A stretch of 64,000 bases of DNA, from NCBI GenBank assembly GCA_963662285.2, contig CAXXMV010000008.1:864001-928000 (forward strand). The letters are read 5' to 3'. The notes beneath the pieces were generated by a model. It did not search any database. It worked only from the letters and a program-made list of their open reading frames with translations, and was not told where the DNA came from. Made by a program: the position numbers and the translations under genes. This document shows, one piece after another, positions 1 through 10,521 of this stretch (the first letter of the stretch is position 1; every line of letters begins with the position of its first letter). This stretch comes from a bacterium. Lineage in GTDB: Bacteria; Hinthialibacterota; Hinthialibacteria; Hinthialibacterales; Hinthialibacteraceae.

Positions 1-16
1 TCGTTAATTATCATAT

Positions 17-44
17 TGGGCGCCCATGAAGGACGCCCCTACGG
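17..44 (-). repeat. REP-like hairpin, GTAG foot on minus strand
   Basis: tggggcgcccatgaaggacgcccctac; related copies near 2387 and 7571. Confidence 0.6.
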
Positions 45-75
45 GTTTTTTTAACGATTTTTCCAATGTTATTGT

Positions 76-1665
76 TCAGCGTTTTTTGCTGAACATTATT
101 ATTGGGGGCGGGGTTGAGGCTGGTTCTGTGGCCGGGCCGAATTGTACGGCGTAGATTGACCAGGCCAGGGCGTAAATTGTGTCGTCGTGTTGGCCTGCGG
201 GGTGGCCGAAGGAGATTTGGCCGTTGGGGTTTCTGCGGTATTCGAAGGTTTGCAATTCCTCGAAAAATGTTTGGGGGAGATTGCCCGGTAATTCCAGCAA
301 TTTTTGGCGTAACAGGCGGTGCAGCTCGTGAAATGCAGTTCTCTGGGCTGAGGCGGTCGGGTTGATTAATTGGGTGTTGATTTTTAATGACTCGCAATAT
401 TCCGCCAAGCCCTTGCCTTGATAATTTTCCACTCCGGCGTGTTCGACGCCGTATTTATCCACTAAATCATTGACTGTTTTGCGCAGTTCGTTATCTGATG
501 CGCGTTCCAGGACTCTCATATCCAATAATCTGAAGCGCGGTTCGGAATTTATGTCGTCGTCGGGCCACCATCTTGCTACTACGGCCAGGGCGTTGCGGTC
601 GTGGGTCTGATCGTAGGACAGCGCCAGGTCGACTCCAAGCGAGCAGACCGCCTGGGGTGGAATTTTGTTCTGGTTGGGCGGGATGGTGTTGGCTTCGATC
701 AAGCCGTTGAACATGCCGTAAGCGCCGTCGACCCATTCGCCCATCACTTCGGCGCGGAATTCCAACTCGTTTTTGGATTGGCGCAGGCGTTCGATCTCTT
801 CGGCGGTTATGTTGGGATTGGCGGTGCTGGGGCATTGGATTACGGCGATATTTTTACCGTTTTCTTTGGCTTGGGCGGTGTAGCCGTAGACCCATGAGCC
901 GGTGGTTGAGGGCGATGAGACGATGTAGAGGCGGCCTTTTTTTTCGGCGCTGGTGATCATGGCGTACTCGACCGCCTTGCGGATTTCGTCGCCATGCTCC
1001 ATGAAGCAGGCTTCGTCGAGGAAAATGGATATGCCCGATTCCTGGCCGTTGGTTTTGGGGTGGTAGCCGCGAATGGTGTCTGGATTGGCGGGCAGCAGTT
1101 TGATGGTGGAATCGTTTTTGAAGACCACCTGCTCGTTGGAAATGCTTCTGACCCATTGGTAGACGGGCGATTCGCGGATCAGTTCGATGATCCGGGCGCC
1201 GAAATCGGAGCTCATGCGTTGGCCGGACGAGACTACCAGTGCGATGTGGCGTGCGTTGATTATGGCGTAGAAAATGGCGGTTACGCAGGCGGCGATTGAT
1301 TTTCCCGCGCCGCGTCCCGCGATCATCAGGTTGATCCTTTTTTGGGAGAGGCAGAATTTTTTCTGGTGTTCATAGAGGTCGATGTTGAGCGCTTCGCTGG
1401 AAAATTTTACCGGGTCTTCGCTCCAGGAGTCGGGGATTTCGAATTTTGCGTCGGGTGCAGCTGCGGGTTGTTTTAACATGAACCTTTGCAGGCTCAAGTA
1501 GGTGTTGGTGCATTGAAAGGCCAGCCGGTATTGCGATTGCACCTTGGGATCGGAGATATCATGTTTCTGGTTGATTAATTCATCGGTGATATTATCAAAC
1601 AAGATTTCATGTGTTTTTGACATATTTTCTAAAACTGAATTGTTAGACATTTTCTTATCCCGCAT
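76..1665 (-). CDS. Terminase large subunit-like protein (ATPase plus RNase H-like nuclease)
   Basis: LYEHQ motif, Walker A AGRGAGKS, Walker B FLDEACF, SSP motif, LGVDLA and HDDTIYALAW nuclease motifs; start may be 1650. Confidence 0.85.
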   Translation of the reverse strand: MRDKKMSNNSVLENMSKTHEILFDNITDELINQKHDISDPKVQSQYRLAFQCTNTYLSLQRFMLKQPAAAPDAKFEIPDSWSEDPVKFSSEALNIDLYEHQKKFCLSQKRINLMIAGRGAGKSIAACVTAIFYAIINARHIALVVSSGQRMSSDFGARIIELIRESPVYQWVRSISNEQVVFKNDSTIKLLPANPDTIRGYHPKTNGQESGISIFLDEACFMEHGDEIRKAVEYAMITSAEKKGRLYIVSSPSTTGSWVYGYTAQAKENGKNIAVIQCPSTANPNITAEEIERLRQSKNELEFRAEVMGEWVDGAYGMFNGLIEANTIPPNQNKIPPQAVCSLGVDLALSYDQTHDRNALAVVARWWPDDDINSEPRFRLLDMRVLERASDNELRKTVNDLVDKYGVEHAGVENYQGKGLAEYCESLKINTQLINPTASAQRTAFHELHRLLRQKLLELPGNLPQTFFEELQTFEYRRNPNGQISFGHPAGQHDDTIYALAWSIYAVQFGPATEPASTPPPIIMFSKKR

Positions 1666-1824
1666 TCGTTTTGGTTTTTAAAAAAAGCCCTCTACCAATA
1701 GGGAGGGTTTCCGCAAAAAAAAGGCTCTAAAGTGCATTTTTTGAAATAAGTTGGGTTTATTCAGGGGGTTAGGGGGATTAATTGATAATGAGGAGCATTG
1801 TTGATTATGGCGGGCATTCATCAT

Positions 1825-2530
1825 CGGGCAACCATAAAGGATTGCCCCTACGGATTATTATCGTTGGTGGTTTTTTTTGTCTGAATCTGGATTTTCTGGA
1901 TTGAAGGATGGGTAGGATTTTTTTTTAATGGGGTGATTATGTTCGAGGATTACTTTACATAATAAGTGGCAGCATCAAGGGCTGACCGCGTTGCGGTCTT
2001 GCCCTTGGCACCCGTATTTTTAGAAATAAGTGGTGTTTTTTAGTGTTTTGAGTATTTTTTTGTGATTAGGTTGTTGTTATCAACCCTCACCTAGCCTCTC
2101 CCAATCTTGGGAGAGGGATTCTGTTACTCGTTGGTGGGTTTTTTTGTCTGAATCTGGATTTTCTGGATTGAAGGATGGGTAGGATTTTTTTTTAATGGGG
2201 TGATTATGTTCGAGGATTACTTTACATAATAAGTGGCAGCATCAAGGGCTGACCGCGTTGCGGTCTTGCCCTTGGCACCCGCCCTTGGCACCCGCGCTTG
2301 GCGCCCGTCGCATAAACCGAAGGTGGAATCATCATCGGGCAACCATGAAGGATTGCCCCTACGGGTTATTATCGTTGGTGGTTTTTGTAGGGGCGCTTTT
2401 TATAGGCGCCCGGAATATCAGGCGCGTCGTGATGATTCAAGGATTTTTTTGGATTAATTAGGTGTTGGTGGTTGGTTTTCGGGGGTGGATTTTTGGTGGG
2501 TCGGTAAGGCGCGACCCACCCTACTGCCCT
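1825..2530. repeat. Composite intergenic repeat cluster (REP families A, B, C, D) with a 153-bp direct duplication
   Basis: 1861-2013 matches 2128-2280, third diverged copy near 15634-15770; cgggcaacca..ggattgcccctac at about 1826 and 2336; ggtgggtc..gacccaccctac at about 2494. Confidence 0.85.
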
Positions 2531-2603
2531 TGACTACACCTACGTTAATCCAATAACTTTTACCAACAAAAAAACACCGGATAACCAACTCCCCTCTCCC
2601 ACC

Positions 2604-4110
2604 TGTACAGACCGGGTAGATGGGTAACACATGTTCGGGGACATGGGTTACAGTTTTTTATCAAAACCGGGATTTATCCCAGGTTATTGTTTGAGTTTTT
2701 TTTTAGGCATCTAGAGATGCTCAGGATAATTGGTTGGCTTAGAGGGAGGAGGTGAATATTTCACCTCCTGCATTATCCCTCGCACCTCGGATCGGCTATC
2801 CCTGGCGGGTTGCACTCCTGCAGCGCCCGCTTCCGTTTCGCCCAACCAATTTCTATTGTGACGCCTTTTTCTGGATTGCCAAGTTATCTTCTTTGATTTC
2901 ATTCAAACGCAGATCGAGCGTCTTGATTTTTTGTCGGCAAAAATATACGTCCATCATCCCATCGGTCATAGCGGGTTTCAAGGCAACCGGGCATCCTACC
3001 AGGGCGCGGCTCACCCGGTAATCTTCACCACGGTACGCCACCCGACCTCCTTGTTGCACCTTCCTGATAATGCTGCCCGGCGCGTACTCGATATCCGGCA
3101 AACTTCCCGGATAAACAAAAGGACTGGACGTATAATGGTTAGCCGGGACATCCATATCCAGGGCTTCGTGAGGACGCTCAAAATTGTATTCATAACGCCA
3201 CTCATCAAACCGCCTTTGGCAATATTCCAAATCCACAAACGATTCCCTTATCAGCAATTCTTGCTTAAAGGTCCGGTGAAATCGCTCGACCTTGCCTTGG
3301 GTTTGCGGATGGTAGGGGCGACCGTGATACACGCGAATACCCAATCGTATCAGCCATATTGTCAATCTGGTGTATTCGCAGGTTTTGCATCCTCCCCACG
3401 GACTTCCGTTATCCATCAACATCGCCCGAGGCATACCATACATCCTGAACACGCTTTCCAGGGAGTCTTGCACGGTTTCCCTTTGCTGATTGGCGCACGA
3501 AAATAATCCGGGAACAAAGCGCGTGCAATCATCCAGAATGCTGAGCGGATAACAGCGTGCTTTGAGCGTGGGAAAATCTCCTTTGAAATCCATTTGCCAC
3601 AATTCGTTGGGCGTATCTTTTTCAAAACGCTTATAGGCTTTGTGCTTGTGACTTTCCTTTTCATCCAGCAATCCCAGTCGGCGTAACACGGCAGTAATAG
3701 TGCTGGCGCTAGGAACATTTTCGTATCCCAATTGAATCAGACGAGAGCGAATTTTGCGTCCTCCCCATCCTTTTTCGCGATTTTCTGTAATGGCTTGCTC
3801 GATAGACTTATCTGTTTGATGAGGGCAAGTATTGGGTTTTTTGGAACGGTCTTGGAGATTTTCGACTCCTCCTTCTTTGTACCGTTTGATCCATTTGTAA
3901 CCCGTCTTACGGCTGATATCAAACCGTTTACATAATTGGCTGATGTTGCTTTCTTCTTGCTGGCTCAACAATACGAATTCTTTTCTCAGAGACATAAGGT
4001 CCACCTCGTTCCAGGGCATATTCTTCGCCTCCTTTCAAGGCTAGAATACACTCAGAAAATGTGTTACCTATGTCCCCGAACACCTGTTACCCATGTCCCA
4101 GGCCTTTACA
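2604..4110 (-). mobile_element. IS481-family insertion sequence, about 1507 bp
   Basis: TGT...ACA ends, about 50-bp imperfect IRs containing repeated gacatgggtaaca-type motifs, 5-bp direct repeat ccacc on both flanks. Confidence 0.92.
2853..4019 (-). CDS. IS481-family transposase (HTH plus rve DDE)
   Basis: MPW start, ISRKTGYKW HTH, WQMDFKG / MDNG / GKVERFH DDE motifs, YNFERPHEAL. Confidence 0.95.
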   Translation of the reverse strand: MPWNEVDLMSLRKEFVLLSQQEESNISQLCKRFDISRKTGYKWIKRYKEGGVENLQDRSKKPNTCPHQTDKSIEQAITENREKGWGGRKIRSRLIQLGYENVPSASTITAVLRRLGLLDEKESHKHKAYKRFEKDTPNELWQMDFKGDFPTLKARCYPLSILDDCTRFVPGLFSCANQQRETVQDSLESVFRMYGMPRAMLMDNGSPWGGCKTCEYTRLTIWLIRLGIRVYHGRPYHPQTQGKVERFHRTFKQELLIRESFVDLEYCQRRFDEWRYEYNFERPHEALDMDVPANHYTSSPFVYPGSLPDIEYAPGSIIRKVQQGGRVAYRGEDYRVSRALVGCPVALKPAMTDGMMDVYFCRQKIKTLDLRLNEIKEDNLAIQKKASQ

Positions 4111-4230
4111 CCACCGGGAGAGGGTCAGGGTGAGGGGGATTTTCAAACCACCGCCGGGCAAATCATCCGGTAGAAAGGGCTAAAAGCCGCGAAGAGGCAT
4201 AGCCCCATCAAAAAATCCCCGAAGTATATA

Positions 4231-5679
4231 TCAGGAATTTTCCGATGTAGGAACATTAAGATGAACCAGGTTGCCTTCGGCTTCAACTACTTTTTTCTCA
4301 AAGGTTACGTTCTTATTGCCTTCCCATTTCAGGGGATATTTACCGCTGAAGCAGGCGGTGCAGAATTTATCATGCGTTCCATCGGCCGCATTGAGCAGAC
4401 CATTGATTGACAGATAGTAGACCGAATCCACCCTAAGATGTTTCTTTATCTCTTCAAGCGTATGGGTGGCGCCTATAAGTTTGCCGCGTTCAGGCGTATC
4501 AATGCCGTAATAACATGGCTCAATCCACACCGGTGAAGCGATGCGTAGATGAATTTCAGCCGCGCCCGCTTTGCGGAGCATCTTGACGATTTTCCGCATT
4601 GTCGTACCGCGTACGATAGAATCGTCTACTATGATTACCCGCTTGCCTTCCAACACAGACCGGACTGGATTGTACTTTATCTTGGCGCCGAAATCTCTGA
4701 TGCTTTGGCTCGGTTCGATAAAGGTCCGCCCGATGTAATGGCTGCGAATGATGCCTTGTTGAAAGGGGATTTTTGATTCCAGCGAATATCCAATAGCCGA
4801 GCAAATGCTTGAATCCGGAATGGGAACCACTACATCTCCTTCAGTGGGACATTCGCGTGATAATACCCGGCCTAAATTCTCACGGGTGGGATGCACCCGC
4901 TGGCCGAATACATAACTGTCAGGACGGGAAAAATATACTAATTCAAATATACACTGTGCGATTTTAGATTCTTTGCCAAAGAAGCGGCTTTCGATCCGGT
5001 CTTTATGTATTATGAGCATCTCGCCAGGTTCCACTGTCCTGATGTATTCCGCTTCAATGATATCCAGGGCGCTGGTTTCTGAACAGAAAATGTATGAATC
5101 GCCTTTTTTGCCTAGCGAGAGCGGACGAATCCCCAGCGGATCGCGTAATCCGATCACGTATTGATCATTCATGATCACCATGGAATACGCTCCCCTCAGT
5201 TTTTTGAGTGATTCTTCCAGGGCTTGGATAAAATCAGAATGCTTGGAACGCGCCAGTAAGTGAATCAGAATTTCACTATCTGTAGTAGTGCGGAAAATGG
5301 AGCCTTCCGATTCCAATTCGCTGCGTAATTCCAGGGTGTTTATCAGGTTGCCATTATGAGCTACTGAAACCCAGCCGCGCTTGTATTCGCATAAAAGGGG
5401 TTGCGCGTTGGTCAGATCGCTTGCTCCTGTTGTGGAATAGCGTACATGCCCGATAGCACGGTCGCCTCGAAGGTTGTCCAGGGTTTCTCCTTCGAAAATA
5501 TCCGCTACCAGTCCCATCCCCACATGAGATGAGGGATGTTCTCCAGCAGCTGTAACAATCCCGGCGCTTTCCTGACCCCGGTGTTGCAAGGTATACAGAC
5601 CAAGGTAGGTCAAGTGGGAAGCTTCAGCATGACCAGAGATAGCAAATACTCCACACGCATCACGAATTTCATCTGACAT
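4231..5679 (-). CDS. purF: Amidophosphoribosyltransferase
   Basis: CGVFA N-terminal Cys, QHRGQESAG, GHVRYST, HNGNL, VDDSIVRGTT, CTACFSG. Confidence 0.97.
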   Translation of the reverse strand: MSDEIRDACGVFAISGHAEASHLTYLGLYTLQHRGQESAGIVTAAGEHPSSHVGMGLVADIFEGETLDNLRGDRAIGHVRYSTTGASDLTNAQPLLCEYKRGWVSVAHNGNLINTLELRSELESEGSIFRTTTDSEILIHLLARSKHSDFIQALEESLKKLRGAYSMVIMNDQYVIGLRDPLGIRPLSLGKKGDSYIFCSETSALDIIEAEYIRTVEPGEMLIIHKDRIESRFFGKESKIAQCIFELVYFSRPDSYVFGQRVHPTRENLGRVLSRECPTEGDVVVPIPDSSICSAIGYSLESKIPFQQGIIRSHYIGRTFIEPSQSIRDFGAKIKYNPVRSVLEGKRVIIVDDSIVRGTTMRKIVKMLRKAGAAEIHLRIASPVWIEPCYYGIDTPERGKLIGATHTLEEIKKHLRVDSVYYLSINGLLNAADGTHDKFCTACFSGKYPLKWEGNKNVTFEKKVVEAEGNLVHLNVPTSENS

Positions 5680-5925
5680 ATTTTTTCCGCCTATTGGATT
5701 TTTGGATATGCATTCGAAATGGCTAAACTAACATTACCATATAGTTGGAGAAATTCAACTATATATAGTATTTTAGCAAAAAAAAAGCACAATATAATGA
5801 TATTATCCATATATCGTGCACAGGAAAAGCGTGAAATAATCTGTAAATCTGTTTTATAATGAGATAATGCAATAGAACTGGTAAAGGTGGGAGTTTTGAT
5901 AAAATGATTAAGATTAAGATGCATT

Positions 5926-6264
5926 TTATAGTTCACTCAACCAATTCTTGACGACATTCGCCGCTTCTTGGGGCGATTCTTGTGAATACTGTTTGATAGA
6001 TTCTTGCATTTTCAATCTTCGCTGATCTTCTTTGGAAAGGGCGCCGATATTATCAAAATCATGAATGCCTAATTCGGTATTGGTGAGTTCGCGCCGCTTG
6101 GGATTATAGTGGGTAACAGGTTCAAATTGGATATTAAAATCTTCATTGGCGTCAATCTTTTTGGGCTTGAAATCAGTCCAGGCAAAATAATAACCGATGA
6201 TAATTACAATTGAGAGAAACGCGATTGGCGCCAAAGAGAAGAGTGTATCCACCAGCGTATTCAT
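5926..6264 (-). CDS. Small membrane protein with FliF-like C-terminal tail
   Basis: One TM helix; C-terminus SPQEAANVVKNWLSEL; ATG at 6264, alternative TTG at 6276. Confidence 0.6.
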   Translation of the reverse strand: MNTLVDTLFSLAPIAFLSIVIIIGYYFAWTDFKPKKIDANEDFNIQFEPVTHYNPKRRELTNTELGIHDFDNIGALSKEDQRRLKMQESIKQYSQESPQEAANVVKNWLSEL

Positions 6265-6366
6265 TATTTTGCTCAAAATGACTTTTTTTTGTTACAAACC
6301 GCTTAATTATATTTTCTCTCTCTTGGCGAAAAGTTCAAGGAATGAGCTCGAAATCTCTTAGGATAA

Positions 6367-7098
6367 TTATGATTGTTCGACGATTTCTTCTCCCGGTTCA
6401 AGTTGCAATTTAATACGAATGCCCCAAATCGCGAGATATACAAAGGGTGTGTCGATTAACGCCGCTCCCATTTTGAACAAAAATCCATTTTCTAATAAAC
6501 TTGGAAATCTTGACCACTCAATCACGCCGGATATGCAAAGGATCAGAAGAACGGTTAATGTATCGATTAATTGCGAACAGATCGTCGATGCGTTATTCCT
6601 GAGCCATAAGTGCTTCCCTTTGGTTAATCGTTTCCAAAAATGGAAAATCCTGATATCAATGAACTGCGCCAACAGGTATGCCGACATGGATGCGAATACG
6701 GCTGGTCCGAATAAACCGAAGACTTTGCTGAATTCCTGGTTTGATACCGGAGACCAGCTGGTCTGTGGAACATATTGAGCGACAATGACGATCAGCATGA
6801 CAAATATACTGGCGATGAAACCGGCGACGACTATTTGATCGGCCCGGCGTTTGCCATATATCTCCGACACAATATCCGTAACCAGAAATGTGATAGGATA
6901 GGGCAGTATGCCTACTGAAAGTTCGAAGGTATATGAAAAGAAAGTATGGTCGAACAGCTGAGGACTGAGCGTCCAGTGAAAGAATTTCTGGAAAATCAAA
7001 TTACAGGTCACCAGCGCCGCGATGAATATCGCGGCGCAGATTATAAATATCCGTTCCTGTATAATCACTGTTTTGGGATTCTTATTTAACTCAGTCAT
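6367..7098 (-). CDS. yhhQ: Queuosine precursor transporter (VUT/YhhQ family)
   Basis: YPITFLVTDIVSEIYG, AQFIDI, LWLRNNAST, SQLIDT, DTPFVY motifs. Confidence 0.9.
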   Translation of the reverse strand: MTELNKNPKTVIIQERIFIICAAIFIAALVTCNLIFQKFFHWTLSPQLFDHTFFSYTFELSVGILPYPITFLVTDIVSEIYGKRRADQIVVAGFIASIFVMLIVIVAQYVPQTSWSPVSNQEFSKVFGLFGPAVFASMSAYLLAQFIDIRIFHFWKRLTKGKHLWLRNNASTICSQLIDTLTVLLILCISGVIEWSRFPSLLENGFLFKMGAALIDTPFVYLAIWGIRIKLQLEPGEEIVEQS

Positions 7099-7244
7099 AT
7101 TTGTTTCCCGTTCAGAATAAAAAAAAGGTATATTGATGGAATCTATTCTAGTTAATAAGAATTATAGATAAATAGGCTTGAGTGTATAATTGGCTTCATG
7201 AATTGCATGGAATTTTGTATGGTGCGATTTATAATCAATAAACA

Positions 7245-7574
7245 ATGGAAACGGATGCGATGATAGGTAAAATGGTCGAAATCCATTTGCTCAATGGCAA
7301 ATGTTATCTGGGAAAAGTGACTCAAAAAGATCGTGAAGGCATTATTCTGTATTGTATTCCAGTAAAAGCGCTGGAAAGCGTGGCGCCCGGAAGCGGGGCT
7401 ATTGAGCAGATGAGCGAAATGCTGCATACCGTATTCTTCGCCTGGCAGCAGGTGGAGTATGTCGATATAGGCGGCGAGCCGGTTGGTTTTGATTCACTCT
7501 ATGCCAGCTGGTTCCATGAAAAATCGCTGGATGACTTTTTTGAAAAACCATTTTCTACTGAACGGGATCGGTAG
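7245..7574 (+). CDS. Hypothetical protein, possible Sm/LSm-like fold
   Basis: IGKMVEIHLLNGKCYLGKV resembles an Sm1 motif; clean ATG ORF. Confidence 0.6.
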   Translation: METDAMIGKMVEIHLLNGKCYLGKVTQKDREGIILYCIPVKALESVAPGSGAIEQMSEMLHTVFFAWQQVEYVDIGGEPVGFDSLYASWFHEKSLDDFFEKPFSTERDR

Positions 7575-8050
7575 GGGCGTTCTTGATGGGTATGTCTTTT
7601 AGTTAAGGCTTGCCCGACCAGTTGTTTTCCAAGTGAGAATCATCGCCCCAGTAGGGGATGGTGGTAAAATCAAGATTCATGGAATCCGACAGCAAACCGT
7701 TTTGCCGCCAAATAGCATGCAGCGTATTTCACCCTATGGTTGGTGGTTTGATCAAGGGCTGACCGCATTGCGGTCTTGCCCTTGGCACCCAGTATTGCGG
7801 TCTTGCCCTTGGCGCCCAGCCAGCTGGTTCCATGAAAAATCACTGGATGACTTTTTTGAAAAACCATTTACTACTGAACGGGACCGGTAGGGCGTCTTTC
7901 ATGGCATGTCTTTTAGTTAAAGAATTTCATTCTATCGTTGGTGGTTTGATCAAGGGCTGACCGCATTGCGGTCTTGCCCTTGGCACCCAGCTGACCGCAT
8001 TGCGGTCTTGCCCTTGGCGCCCAGTATTGCGGTCTTGCCCTTGGCGCCCC
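7503..8050. repeat. Duplication of the 3' tail of the 7245-7574 gene plus nested family-A hairpins
   Basis: 7503-7606 matches 7819-7920; cttgcccttggcRccc repeated 5 times. Confidence 0.9.
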
Positions 8051-8070
8051 ATGTGGGCGCCCGAATTACT

Positions 8071-9930
8071 TTACTCTTCTTTTGTTTGTTTCATTACATT
8101 AACCCATAACACGGTGATATCAGCTGGTACGATTCCGGGAATTCTGGCGGCCTGACCTATGGTGGCGGGTTGCACGCGCTCGAATTTCTCGCGCGCTTCG
8201 TTGCGTAGGTTATTGAACTGGCGGTAATTAATACCGGGGGGGATGCGGCGCAGGTCGGCTTTCCGGTCTTCTTCTATTGCTTTCTTCTGGCGCTCGATAT
8301 ATCCATGATACTTGGTTTCGATTTCCAATTGTTCAAGTACTCTGGCATGGTAGGGTTTGATATCAACTCCAAATCGATCCAGGGCGGTTGATGTCATATT
8401 CTTGCGGCGCAGCACATGCAGCAGCGGCGTGGGTTGTGATATCTCGCCCAGTTCCATCTCGCCGAATAGTTCTCTAATTGATTCGCCGGGAACGATAAAC
8501 CGATGCAGCAGTTCCTCTTTTAACTTGGCTATATCGTTTTTCCATCCAACCACCTCTTCGTGCCATTCGCGGGGAATCAGGCCGACTTTATAGCCCAGCT
8601 CCATCAATCTGAAATCAGCGTTATCCTGCCGCAGCATCAAGCGGTATTCGGCTGATGAGGTGAATAGGCGGTATGGTTCTTCGGTTCCCTTGGTTACCAG
8701 GTCATCGCATAACACGCCGACATAGGCTTCGTCGCGTCCAAAGGTTACTGGTTCTTCTCCGGCGATTTTCAAGGCGGCGTTGATTCCGGCCACCAGCCCC
8801 TGGGCGGCGGCTTCTTCGTAGCCCGATGTGCCGTTGATTTGTCCGGCCATGAATAATCCACTGATTCGTTTGCTCTCCATCCAGGGGTAGAGGTCCTGGG
8901 GATTGGAGTAGAAATACTCTACCGCGTATCCCGGTTTGACAATTTCGGCGTTCTCCATTCCGGGGATGGTTTGGATATAGGCCAATTGCACATCCAGCGG
9001 CAGGCTGGTTGAGATGCCGTTGGGGTAGATCAGTTTTCCATCTTTTCCCACCGGTTCAATAAAAACCTGGTGCGAGGTCTTCTCGGGGAATTTCTTTACT
9101 TTATCTTCAATAGAGGGGCAATAGCGCGGCCCGACTCCGGTTATTTTGCCGGTAAACAGGGGTGATTTATCAAAATTATTGGCAATGATCTCATGGGTTT
9201 TTTCAGTAGTGCGGGTCAGGTAGCAGCATACCTGGTTTTGTACACGGGTTTCAGGATGATGTGAAAATGGCTGCGGTGGATCGTCACCTTGCTGTTTTTC
9301 CATTACGTCGTAGTTGATGCTTGATCCCAAGATGCGCGCTGGAGTTCCGGTTTTGAGGCGTCCCAAGGCCAGACCGTGGGATTGCAGGTTGGCCGCCAGT
9401 TGGTTGGAGGTGAAATCATCGATGCGTCCGCCCTCGACTTTATTGAAGCCGAAATGCATCAAGCCGCCCAGAAAGGTTCCCGGAGTGAGGATCACGGTGC
9501 GGCTTTCCAGGCGATGGCCTGAAGCATCGGCGATGCCGTAGACTTTATTATCCTTGATAAGCACCTCGGCGCCTTCTCCTTCGAGGATGTCGAGATTGGG
9601 CGTGGCTTGCAGGCGTTCGACCATGGCGCTGGTGTATAGATCGAAATCGGCCTGGGCGCGGGGCGAGCGCACCGCCGGACCTTTGGAACTATTGAGGATG
9701 CGGAAGTGGATGCCCGCTTTATCTGAGACATGGGCCATGATGCCGCCCAGCGCGTCAATCTCGCGCACCAGTTGTCCTTTGGCCACTCCGCCGATTGCCG
9801 GATTGCAGGACATCTGGGCGATGGTTTTTATCGAGAAAGTCAACAATGCGGTGCGGCGTCCCATCCGCGCCGCAGCCGAAGCCGCCTCGCATCCGGCATG
9901 TCCACCGCCAACAACAATTACGTCATACAT
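8071..9930 (-). CDS. mnmG: tRNA uridine-5-carboxymethylaminomethyl modification enzyme
   Basis: GGGHAGCEAA, MSCNPAIGG, RLKTGT, GPRYCPSIEDK, AGQINGTSGYEEAAAQG. Confidence 0.98.
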   Translation of the reverse strand: MYDVIVVGGGHAGCEAASAAARMGRRTALLTFSIKTIAQMSCNPAIGGVAKGQLVREIDALGGIMAHVSDKAGIHFRILNSSKGPAVRSPRAQADFDLYTSAMVERLQATPNLDILEGEGAEVLIKDNKVYGIADASGHRLESRTVILTPGTFLGGLMHFGFNKVEGGRIDDFTSNQLAANLQSHGLALGRLKTGTPARILGSSINYDVMEKQQGDDPPQPFSHHPETRVQNQVCCYLTRTTEKTHEIIANNFDKSPLFTGKITGVGPRYCPSIEDKVKKFPEKTSHQVFIEPVGKDGKLIYPNGISTSLPLDVQLAYIQTIPGMENAEIVKPGYAVEYFYSNPQDLYPWMESKRISGLFMAGQINGTSGYEEAAAQGLVAGINAALKIAGEEPVTFGRDEAYVGVLCDDLVTKGTEEPYRLFTSSAEYRLMLRQDNADFRLMELGYKVGLIPREWHEEVVGWKNDIAKLKEELLHRFIVPGESIRELFGEMELGEISQPTPLLHVLRRKNMTSTALDRFGVDIKPYHARVLEQLEIETKYHGYIERQKKAIEEDRKADLRRIPPGINYRQFNNLRNEAREKFERVQPATIGQAARIPGIVPADITVLWVNVMKQTKEE

Positions 9931-10173
9931 CAGTTATACGCTCCATAATTGAAATCAACAGGATATCCTAGCAGTCAACCGGATAGGCTCAAAGCGAAGC
10001 GTGGTTTTTATAATGGATGCAGAATGGAATATATGAATGGTTTCTATCAGGGAGAAGGAAAATGGATAAGTTAATGAGTGATTGATATTGTTTATTTGCT
10101 AAGAACTACGATAAATACCCGACATTAGATTTTTTGAAAACGCTCTCAACGTTACCCCTTATATTGGGTGGCT

Positions 10174-10470
10174 TGATCATGGGCTGGACACATTGCAGTC
10201 TTGCCCTTGGCGTCCGCATTTGCAAAGGTGATTTTTATCAATCCTCACCTAGCCTTTCCCAATCTTGGGAGAGGGATATTTCCCCCATCGTAGGGTGGAT
10301 TTTTATCGGGCAACCATGAAGGATTGCCCCTACTTTGGGGTGGATTCTTATTATATTCGGGTGGTTGTTATCAACCCTCACCTAGCCTCTCCCAATCTTG
10401 GGAGAGGGATTCTGTGAACCGTAGGTGATCGCATCAAGGGCTGAGCGCATTGCGCTTTTGCCCTTGGCGC
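10174..10470. repeat. Composite REP cluster (families A, D, B, D, A)
   Basis: ccctcacctagcctctcccaatcttgggagaggga twice; module shared with 15780-15920. Confidence 0.8.
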
Positions 10471-10521
10471 TATAAGAGAAAAACAACAGTGGATAATTAA
10501 ATTAGTGATGAACATCTCACC

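Noticed and set aside
1-4200. Prophage
   Set aside because: Only a terminase; no integrase, portal, capsid or tail genes in the window
7099-7244. preQ1 riboswitch upstream of yhhQ
   Set aside because: No recognisable aptamer stem or motif by eye; needs an Infernal scan
7633-7890. 85-aa ORF sharing its C-terminus with the upstream gene
   Set aside because: Chimera of hairpin repeats and the duplicated tail; no evidence of a real gene
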